A program made the position numbers and the translations under genes. A DNA stretch of 64,000 nucleotides from Tubulanus polymorphus (Eukaryota > Animalia > Nemertea), in assembly GCF_964204645.1 (NCBI RefSeq), contig NC_134030.1, positions 19,738,210 through 19,802,209 on the forward strand, in the 5' to 3' direction. Positions 1-10,400 of the stretch are shown here, piece after piece (the stretch's first letter is position 1; each line of letters starts with the position of its first letter). The notes below the pieces were generated by a model. It was not told the DNA's origin, did no database searches, and worked only from the letters and a program-made list of their open reading frames with translations.

Positions 1-444
1 AGTCTAAGCTATGACTATGTAACCGGCCCCAGGGGCGGATCGAAGGGGGCCTAAGCCTAATTCGAAATTTTCTCCTTGAATCCAGGAATGATTGATCATT
101 AAGGAAAGGTTGTGGGGATATTTTTCTCATGATAGGCACCTATCCAATTCTGCCTGCAACATTCCCCACTACAGACATTGTCCTGACCCTGTTTGAAGCC
201 TGAATGAGCACATCCTCCAGAGACATCTTGGATGACAAAAAAGGTTTGCGAATCATCAAAATTCAGCAAAATAATGGGACCCTCAACGAAAATTACGCTT
301 TCGCAAATTTTGATATTTTTTTTTTACATCACTTGTTTATTTTCTGATAAAAATACAGTTCATGGTCAAAATACAAGAGAGATCATTTACACGCTGAAAA
401 TAATAAACTCTTTTACTAGGGCTCGAGTTTAAAGCAAGTCCATA

Positions 445-630
445 AGTGGACAGGATCCAGTTCCACAATTATATGGGTCCAGGATCCAGTTCCACTATTG
501 TGTGGGTTTTTAATTTGACACTGGAACCAGTTCCACAGTAAGTGTGGGTTTAATATAATTCTGAACCCAGTTTCACAGTTGTGTGGGTTTAATTTGACTC
601 TGAACCCTGTTTCAATTCGACACAGCCCAG
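445..630. repeat. ~39-40 bp minisatellite family D (GGATCCAGTTCCACAGTTGTGTGGGTTTAATTTGACTCT)
   Basis: Tandem copies; the same family recurs elsewhere in the window. Confidence 0.8.
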
Positions 631-1919
631 CTAAATTCAATCAAGTTATTCACAAAGTTGACATCAATTTCGAAACATCAATAAATTAATACATTCACTC
701 TCACAGAATACCGGTCGACGATTAACAAATTATATAGCGCAATAATTTAAGGAAATCAAAGTTGATGAAACGGTATAAACCCAAAAGACAAACAAGTTTG
801 AAAGCTTTCGTTGAGCTAAAGTTCATTTCAATATTGAGACGATACAGGCGCAGATCCAAGGGAATTTATGAGACTAGTACAAGTCCATCAGATCGTTTTA
901 GTGCCTTTTTTCATATCGTCTATAAAAATTGGTGCATTTCTGCCAGTGCTGGAATAGAGTTGATATTCCCTTTTTGGATGACGAAGTGCCTTTCGAGATG
1001 ACAAGATCTGCAAAATTGGCTTCAGGGTCCGACCGTGCAAGCCTAATCATCATCTTTTGGAAAGCCTATTGACTATATCCTTGCAGTAATCTCAAGGAAT
1101 ACAGTGCAGTATTCCTACAGATGACTATCACTAGGATATAGTTGAAATGTTGAGATAAACTAATCTGTTTAATTGAATCTTATGAGAAAAAAACCCAGAA
1201 ATTTTTGCCAAATTTGATGAATTGTGCAGTTTTTACTATATATATTATCAGGCAGACCGCTTCAGGTAAGATCTAATATTGCAAGGACCCTGTAGCACAG
1301 ACCTGGATCGACAGTTATGTTTTCAGATTCGACAAACTCATCAGAAAATGAAATAATTTTCACGCTAAACAAAAGAACACGAAATTTATGTTCTGTTTTG
1401 ATTCTTCGTTTGTTAACTACCGGACTGAAGTCTTCTATCGACCAGTTTTATACAGGAAAATGCAAAATATTTCAATTTAAAAAGCGTAAACTTTTAAGTA
1501 GACGGTTAACACTATAAATATTGTCAACGTAACACAAGCTACAAGTTTACAATACTCGGGGGGCCAGAGTTTCATGGTAGGTGAACTGAAAACTGTGGTC
1601 CTCATTGGAAACATGAAGCAACTAATCAAAATTACAGTTACATGTTTTTGTGAAACGTGGCCCCCTTGCTCAAAAGTTGGCGTCAGTTAAGCAGTCGATA
1701 GCGACATCCACTGGTTAACTTCGACCGACTTTTTTTAACACACGGCGCACTTCACCATCAAGCGACAATAATCTACGCGTTACAATGACGACTAAAAATT
1801 GAAAACTTTGGAAGAAAAGAGTTCGATATTCAGATATCTAGAACAATCAGCCACGCATTCAAGCACAAACATTCAAACATACAAGTGGTTAGGTTTTATT
1901 TAGACTGTTGATTCCAATA

Positions 1920-2088
1920 CAGCGGAACCTCGTTACAGCGAACTTCACCGGACCAGAAAATATGTTCGTTATAACCGACCGATGGTTTGTTATGAAATTA
2001 ATTAAATTCACTTACTCGGGACAAAATTCTATATTCGTTTTATCCGATGAATCGTCGTATTTGAGTTCGTAGTAACGCGGTTCCATTG
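1920..2088. mobile_element. Tc1/mariner-pogo-like MITE
   Basis: TA|CAGCGGAACCTCGTTAC...GTAACGCGGTTCCATTG|TA. Confidence 0.6.
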
Positions 2089-2151
2089 TAGTTTGAATTT
2101 CGTTTCCGGGAATGATAAAGTATCAGAGAACTAATACAGGTATCTATCTAT

Positions 2152-2571
2152 CTGCAGCCGGGATCCTACACTTTGAAATTGTATCCACATTCTTCTAGGT
2201 CATCAGCGCTTCACATTATGTGTTCAGTATTTGACCAGGGACATTTTTAATTGAAAATGAACTAATAACACCAGATATTTTAACAGTGTACTTTCAATTA
2301 CTGATCGTCCACACTTCACATGTGTTCAGTGCTTCACCCGAGACATTTTTAATTGAAAATGAACTACAAACATCAGACATTAGACATTTTATCAGCACAC
2401 TTTCAAAAACTGATCGTCCACACTTTACATGTGTTCAGTGCTTCACCCGAGACATTTTCTATTGAGAATGAACTATAAACACCAAGCATTTTCACAGTGC
2501 TCTTTCAAAAACTGATCATCCACACTTCAACTGACAATGCTGAATGTGTGAAGGGTGGTTCCAGGCTGCAG
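2152..2571. repeat. ~109-bp satellite family C bounded by inverted termini
   Basis: Units ...TTTCAAAAACTGATCGTCCACACTTCACATGTGTTCAGTGCTTCACC... between ctgcagccgggatcc and ggttccaggctgcag. Confidence 0.75.
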
Positions 2572-2659
2572 TTTGATACTTGACACTGAAACTCTGAAAT
2601 AGTTCAAAGAAGAATTGGTCCTTTTGAACCAGAGTTACTTAAAGAATTATTGTCCCAAG

Positions 2660-3089
2660 TCCAGTTGCACAGTCGTGACTTCTTCGATCCAAAAGTGGTC
2701 TTCAATCTTCTTAACCCTTTCAGCGCTGACTAATTAATACCCCATAGTGCTGGAGATAATTTGAAAATTCTAAAAAATTTCACCCTAGTGCGTTGAATAA
2801 CGGGAATACCACTATAGTGCGTCTACACCGCGGCGCGGTGTATCGTTAGTTACTAGTATTTCACTATGTTTGACACGTGCTGCCATTTTTCAAGAGATAA
2901 TTACTAATTACATCAATACACCACAATGCGGTGTACTAGCAAAATCCATCACTGATTTATACACCGAACTGCAGTGTAGACGCACTGAAAGGGTTAAAAC
3001 TGGTCTTAAAATTGTTAGATTAGCTATAATAGAACTAAGTTGGTCTTAGACTGGTCTTAAATCTAAGCGATGACCATGCAACCGGCCCC
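2660..3089. mobile_element. Host MITE (family B; termini like GGCCGGTTGCA...TGCAACCGGCCCC) interrupted by family A
   Basis: Ends ccagttgcacagtc and gaccatgcaaccggcccc. Related copies at 1-30, ~39985-40110 (uninterrupted, inverted) and ~40780-40856. Confidence 0.6.
2715..2993. mobile_element. piggyBac-like MITE (~280 bp, family A), nested in another MITE
   Basis: TTAA|CCCTTTCAG...CTGAAAGGG|TTAA, with internal ACACCGC-N3-GCGGTGT palindromes. Confidence 0.8.
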
Positions 3090-3449
3090 TGTGTAGCCTA
3101 GTTTAATTCCTACCCCCCCCCCCTTTTCAACTCCAAGGCTCAGTTAATCTTAACACAATCTATCCATTCCGAAAATCTGTGACCAGCCATCGTACCGGTA
3201 TCGGAAACAGGTGCTCTGTCAGTACTATTGGTAACCTCTTCTACCTTGAGCCAACTGCTAATAAATGCACCACGCACAGCATTCGCTCATTTAACAACAT
3301 AATCAGCAAATTTAGACCAGATTCACGCACCTAGGGGCACAGTTTCTCAATGAGATTTTCATACATCAATGTGTATTAACAGTATCACTACACGTATAAT
3401 ATTCAGTTCCACAGTTGTGAGTTAACTTTCATTTCATTTTCATCAGTTC

Positions 3450-4090
3450 ATATTCAATTACTTATACTAGTCAAAATCAGTTCATTTTCGATTACTTGAA
3501 CTCTACAGTCAAAATCAGTTCATTTTCAATTACTTGAATTCTACAGTCAAAATCAGTTCATTTTCGATTACTTGAATTCTACAGTCAAAATCAGTTCATT
3601 TTCAATTACTTGAATTCTACAGTCAAAATCAGTTCATTTTCAATTACTTGAATTCTACAGTCAAAATCAGTTCATTTTCGATTACTTGAATTCTACAGTC
3701 AAAATCAGTTCATTTTCAATTACTTGAATTCTACAGTCAAAATCAGTTCATTTTCGATTACTTGAATTCTACAGTCAAAATCAGTTCATTTTCAATTACT
3801 TGAATTCTACAGTCAAAATCAGTTCATTTTCAACTACTTGAATTCTACAGTCAGAATCTGTTCATTTTCAATTACTCTAGTCAAAATCAGTTCATTTTCA
3901 ATTACTTGAATTCTACAGTCAAAATCAGTTCATTTTCAATTACTTGAATTCTACTGTCAAAATCAGTTCATTTTCAATTACTTGAATTCTACTGTCAAAA
4001 TCAGTTCATTTTCAATTACTTTAACTCTACATTCAGAATCAGTTCGTTTTCAATTACTTTAACTCTTAATTAGGTCATTTTCAATTAGAA
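3450..4090. repeat. 38-bp tandem repeat downstream of the HYOU1 stop
   Basis: AGTCAAAATCAGTTCATTTTCAATTACTTGAATTCTAC, about 15 copies. Confidence 0.95.
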
Positions 4091-4439
4091 ATTTAATTCA
4101 CACCTGTGAAACTTTACATCCCATCAAACAACCAGTAACTGAATCCCGACATATACATCAAATTATTGAAGAAGATCAAAACTGAAATTGCCCGTCATAA
4201 TTCATTTATCCATAATTCTTTTCATTCATACAATAATGCATACTTAACACAAAGATTACACGCAAAATGCCGACATAGGTCAACCCCACCCCGCCCTTCT
4301 CTCTCTCCTCTCTCTCTCTGCCATAAGTTCTGATATTAGTTTTGAATTCTGGTGAAGATGAAAGAGGTGACGACGATGAAAGTCTACGATGATGATGATG
4401 AGGATTAAGTGTATGAGGAATTCCTAATGTATTTCTATG

Positions 4440-7400
4440 TTATAAGTCTCCCGCGTCGTGAGTAACTGTTTCTGGTTTCTCGGTCCCGGGAGCCTCAGTC
4501 GTCGGGGCCTCGGTCGCTGGGGTCTCGGTTGGTTCATCGGTTTTCGTTGATTCTGAAAATTACAAATATTCTAAATTTTACGAAACCATTCCAAACCCGA
4601 CACAAATAATTACTAAAAACTCAGCGAGGGAGGAACGTGGCAGTGTCTCAAATACCATCAGCTTAGAAATCCCTCTGAGGGAAGTGGCAGAATCTCACGA
4701 TGTCATCAGGTTCAAATCCCTGCGAGGGAGGAACGTGGCAGAGTCTCACGATGTCATCAGGTTCGAATCCCTGTGAGGGAGGAACGTGGCAGAGTCTCAC
4801 GATGTCATCAGGTTCAAATCCCTGCGAGGGAGGAACGTGGCAGAGTCTCACGATGTCATCAGGTTCGAATCCCTGTGAGGGAGGAATGTGGCAGAGTCTC
4901 GCGATGTCATCAGGTTTAAATCTCTGCGAGGGAGGAATGTGGCAGAGTCTCACGATGTCATCAGGTTCAAATCCCTGTGAGGGAGGAACGTGGCAGAGTC
5001 TCACGATGTCATCAGGTTCGAATCCCTGCGAGGGAGGAATGTGGCAGAGTCTCACGATGTCATTAAGTTTGAACTCAAGCCTAGAAAAGATGTATCAAGA
5101 TCGCGATCATGATTTTACCTTTATCCGTAGAACTGGTTTCAGATTTATCTAACTGAAGCGGTTCAGAAGGTTCTTCCTTTTTAGTTTCCTCAGTTTCGCG
5201 TTTCTGTTTCGGTTTTCTGTATTTCGGCTTTTCGTCCGTTGTTTTATCCGAATCAGTTTTCACATCTTCCGGCTTTTTCTTCGCCTCTTCTTCTAGAAAC
5301 AACGCGAAACCAAAAACAAATATTATAAATTTTCGCTTCTCGAAAAAGGATGAAATCGATAAATCAAAAGTTTGTCGATTTTTAACTCAGTTTTGATATC
5401 TCATCTTAAAACGAAGTCATGCTTAGATTTATGGAAAACGTAATCACAAACAAAATACCCCTCGCCCATAATAAATACATGTAACATTAAAGTGAAGAAA
5501 ATATCTAGAAATTCAAAACATCAAAGAGAAAATCAAGCGAGAATTCGATTTAGTGTTTCTTGAAATCTTATTTTTTCGATATTCCCAAGTTAAAAGTGCA
5601 TCATCATATTTTGAAGACGGCTGCAAAGCTGAAAATGCATATTTCGAAGATTGCTCCAATAAGTTGAAAATGCATATTCTGAAGGCTGAAAATGCATCTT
5701 TTAAAGCTTGTTCCAAAAAGTTGAAAAGTATTGCCCGGATTCCTGGATCATGCAACTTACTACTTAAATCGTACCGCACACCAAAACTGATTGAAGTGCA
5801 GGCAGCGCTGTTTACAAAACAAATTTTTTATCAAATGATATGCCATTTCAAGAACTAGTTTTATACAGAAGGCTGGTGACCAATTTGACTCGGGTACCCC
5901 TTTCTCAAGATTCCCAAAAAGCTACAATAAAAACAGTGGTTCTGACCTGATCCATGATCGATATGTCTGATTTGGATATTGTCGGAGCCACCCACCCGTA
6001 TCGGAAACACATATCACAACACATAACCCTATCTCTGAAACATCACTTTGCAATTGACGAAAAAGTTCAACTCTTGAATCAATTTAGCACATTCAGCAGT
6101 GCATCTACACTGCAGTGCAATGTATAGTGGACTAGTAGACCGCATCATGATGCATTGATGTTATTAGTTTTTATCTCTATTAAGGCTAGCAGCACCTGTC
6201 AAACAGAGTGAAATGTAAGTAACTAACGGTACACCGCACCGCGGTGTAGCCGCACTACAGCCGTTTGCATACTATTCAATGCACTGGGGTGAAATCTTAA
6301 AAATTTCCATCACTTTCAGGCAATGAGTGGGCTAACATCTTCATGGATTCAGATTCAGAATACACCCCTTCATAGATTCAGATTCAGAATACACCCCTTC
6401 ATGGATTCAGATTCAGAATACACCCCTTCATGGATTCAGATTCAGAATACACCCCTTCATGGATTCAGATTCAGAATACACCCCTTCATGGATTCAGATT
6501 CAGAATACGTCCCTTCATGGATTCAGATTCAGAATACGCCCCTTGATGGATTCAGATTCAGAATACACCCCGGAGCTATTGCATTCTTCAACGAAACTAC
6601 GAAACCATTTCGTAAAAAGCGCCGCCTGCTTTTGAAGCGATGAATTATTTACCGACACGGCATTGACCTGTTATAGAACCCGCGCTACGGATCGAATACT
6701 CGTACGAAAAAAAAAAAAAAAAAAAAAAACAGTCGACCATTTCACCGCGTTGAACAAAAAAATCCCACGCAGGCGCGGATCCAGCCTACCGCTGTTAACG
6801 CTTGAGCCGCTCTCGTGGATTCTTAAGATCGATTTTTTTTGAGGCATCGAACACCAGAGCGTAGATCTTACTTTCAAAAAAATGCATGTACGAAACTAGG
6901 TTCTCTTAGTTCTATATACTATTTGACTTTGCTATTCGATTGAACGGAATTGGCTCGACGGAAACGTTCGGATTTCGAAATTTTTCGACCTCCATGTGGA
7001 AGTGGAAAAGTTGCAATGAAGGACCCCACTCCCGATTTATGGTGCTGCGATAATGTCTTAACGCTTTTAGTGCGGCGTATACATCAGTGATAGACTTTGC
7101 TAGTGCACCGCATCGCGGTGTATTAATGTTATCAATAATTAGTTTCTATCGCTATTAAAAGATGGCAGCACCTGTCAAACGCAGTTGAATATCAGTAACT
7201 AACGATACGACGGGACGCGGTGTAGCCGCACTAAAGCGGTACGCCCGGCGGAATCCAAAATCATCTCCCGCACTTTCTCGGCTATCAATTGGTCAGCATT
7301 GAAAGGGTTAAAGCGGTATTTAGCGTAAGAGGCTGGATCCACCCCTCAATCAGTTCCCGACGACGAACTCGCCTTTCCTCCGCGGTTTTCGCGATCGCTT

Positions 7401-10400
7401 CACGTTCGCCGAATCTTTCGTATCGCGCGACCGTTTTCGATCGCGCAATTTCTCGCGCGCGTTCGATTTCATTTTCTCCCGTTGCTCGGAGACGTATTTT
7501 TTCAATTCGTCGGCGCGTCTTTTTTCGTCCAGTTGTTTTTGTTTTTCGATGGCCGCGCGTCGCGCGACGCGCAGTTTGATTTCCTGCGTGAACCACGAAT
7601 GTTTTTCGCGCAGCAAGTTCGCGTGGTACTCGATGTGGTTTTTAACCAACACGGGGGTTTTATAACAAGCCGTAGCGTTTTGCTCTTTGCTCATTTTGCG
7701 AAGCCAAACCTGAAGAAATGACAAACAAAACCAACATAGATTGATTACACACAGCTACAAATCAAACGAATGTGGATGTAGTTCCACAGTTGTGTCGGTT
7801 TACCGCAACTGTGGATCCAGTTTCACAGTTGCATGGGGTTTGATAAAACTGTGGATCCAGTTCCACAGTTGAGCGAGTTTGATTATAATGTGGATGCAGT
7901 TCCACAGTTGTGCACGTTTAATTTGACAGCGGATCCAGTTCCACAGTTGAGTGGGTTTAATTCTACTGTGGATCTAGTTCCACAGTTGAGTGAGTTTAAT
8001 TATACTGTGGATCTAGTTCCACAGTTGTGTAGGTTTAATTTGACTGCGGATCCAGTTCCACAGTTGAGCGGGTTTAATTCTACTGTGAATCTAGCTCCAC
8101 AGTTGTACGGGGTTTGATAAGACTGTGGATCCTGTTCCACAGTTGCGTACGTTTAATGTAGCTGTGGATCCAGTTCCACAGTTGTGAGGGTTTAATATAA
8201 CTATGGATCCAGCTCCGCAATTGTGTGGATTTATTTGATTGTGGATCCAGTTCCACAGTTATGCGGGTCTAATCTGACATTGAACCCAGTTTCACAGTTG
8301 CGTGGGTTCATTGTGACTCTGAACCCAGTTTGACAGTTGTGTGGGTTCAATGTCACTGTGAACCCAGCTCCAAACATACTGACTGTGGACCCAGTTCAAC
8401 AGTTGAGAGCGTTTAATGTGAATCCGAATCAAGTTTCACAGTTGTGAGGATTTGATTCGGCTAGCAAGTGCATGTAGTATTAAGTGCATAGATGGATGAA
8501 TAAATACAGAGTGTTTTTCTGAAAAATTTTCTGTAATTTTCAACTCAATAGAACAGAGACAAGCAGAATACACACAAACAACAAGGACATTACATTGAGA
8601 TTACAGACATATTTGCGCAAACGAGTTCAACCTTAAATCAGTTCAAGTGGCTAATATTGACTTCAACTAATTTTCCGATGAGGACTCTGTGATCTACTGT
8701 GGCTATCGAGGATTCCAGTTGTGACAATAAGGATCTACCAGGTGTCGCTAGTGTGCAGTAGGACATCAACTACTGTGCTAAGAGGATTCCACTTGTGGCA
8801 AGTGAGGATCCACCAGGTGTCGCTAGTGCGCAGTAGGACGTCAACTACTACTGTAACAATACAGAATTCCATTTGTGACAAGTGAAGATCCAAAATTGCC
8901 TCACATATGAACCCAGATGTCAATATGAATTTAGGTATCTAAAGACATCATTTGCCATGATTTTTTTGGATAAAAAACCAAAAACAAAATCATAATTTCA
9001 AAACGACCAAGTCCAATAAATTTGAAATAACTGCTAGGCACGCCATCTGGTGGCGTCAGTGCTAACCGATGCAGGCACGTAGTCCCCATTCTAAACTCGT
9101 TTGCGTTCCCGTTAACGCATATCAACGAATTACCAGTAGAAGTAGTTTTATTATCGGTATTATCACCGCCAGCGGTCGAGTTGTCGTTCTTCGTCGTCGT
9201 CGTTTTCTCATCCGGTTTCGGTTTCGGTTTGTAAATCTTCGCCTTGTTGACGAGATATTTGATTTCGCGGTCCAACGCCGTGTACTTGATGGCGATGTCC
9301 TCGACGCGGAGAACCGGATTTTTCGTTATCGACGTCGCCTTCTGTTCTTTCGACGTCTTGTTCAACCACTCCTAAACACATTTTTCGAAACATTTTTTTC
9401 AACCGTTTCCTCAAAATGACTATAAGGACACGTTTAACCCTTTCCACGGATCTACACCACAGTGCCGAGTATAAATGGGTGATGGACTTAACTAGTTCAC
9501 CGCATTGCAGTGTATTGACCTAATTAGTCATTACTTTTTATCTTTCTTCTCTTTAGCAAGATGGTAGCATCTGCCTAACTCAGTAAAATATCAGAAATTA
9601 AGGATACGCCGCACTGTGGTGTAGACGCACTAAAGCGGTTGCTCGTTATACAACCATTTGGATCTCAGGCCGGGGAATGTGAGAAGACTTTTGAAAGAGC
9701 AAAAAGGAACAAAAAGGGCGTACTAATAAAAAGGGCAAGGAAGCGCAATGCAAAAATGGAGGTCTGGAAAATTTTGAAATCTGAATTGATTTTAAAACAA
9801 TTTCCTGGCATTTCAAAAAAAAAAATTGCCTCAAAAGAAATTGCAATTTTTCAAGTAATGAGTTAATGGTAATTTTTGCTTTTTGGAACGGGCTCCTGGT
9901 ATTTCTACTGATGGTAGTGTCTCCACCACGATTGAGGGTATTTCTAAGTCAGTAGTATTTCAATAGGAAAATATTCTGATTTTGAGAGTAGTTCGATATT
10001 TTTGGGAGTAGTTGAGCTTTTAATAAATAAGTAACTAAATGGTTGTGTTAATCAAGTGCGGGTAAGAAGGGCAGTTGTTACGCATATAGGGCAAGCGGTA
10101 TGTATCGAATGTAAAATCTTTTTTGAGGCTAGGTTGATCAAGTCATATAATTCAAATTTGGAAAAGAACCCATGTGACTAACATTCAACGAACTGCTAGT
10201 CACGCCATCTGGTGGTCGGATAGCTCACTAAGCCCATTCGAAGTGAAGAAAACTAAGAAACACCCAAATTCAAAAATAATCGGATAAAAATCGAAGAAAT
10301 AGACGCCCGATCGGAACGTACCCACGTATCGTTGATCAGCTTCGACAGAACGTTCACTTCGACCTCGGTGAAAATCGGCTCGTCTTTCGTCAAGTTGCGG

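Noticed and set aside
4663-5152. Repetitive ORFs on both strands ([11 protein letters not shown].../[10 protein letters not shown]...), also at 13390-13915 and 58823-59289
   Set aside because: They are translations of the 51-bp intronic minisatellite, whose length is a multiple of 3.
6707-6729. Poly(A) run as a retrocopy tail or poly(A) site for exon 21b
   Set aside because: Wrong strand for HYOU1, and no adjacent retrocopy or TSD is evident.
7285-7721. Independent nested gene or alternative-frame/antisense ORFs
   Set aside because: Homology and phase match to the HYOU1 exon explain the region better. The other frames are shadows of CG-rich coding DNA.
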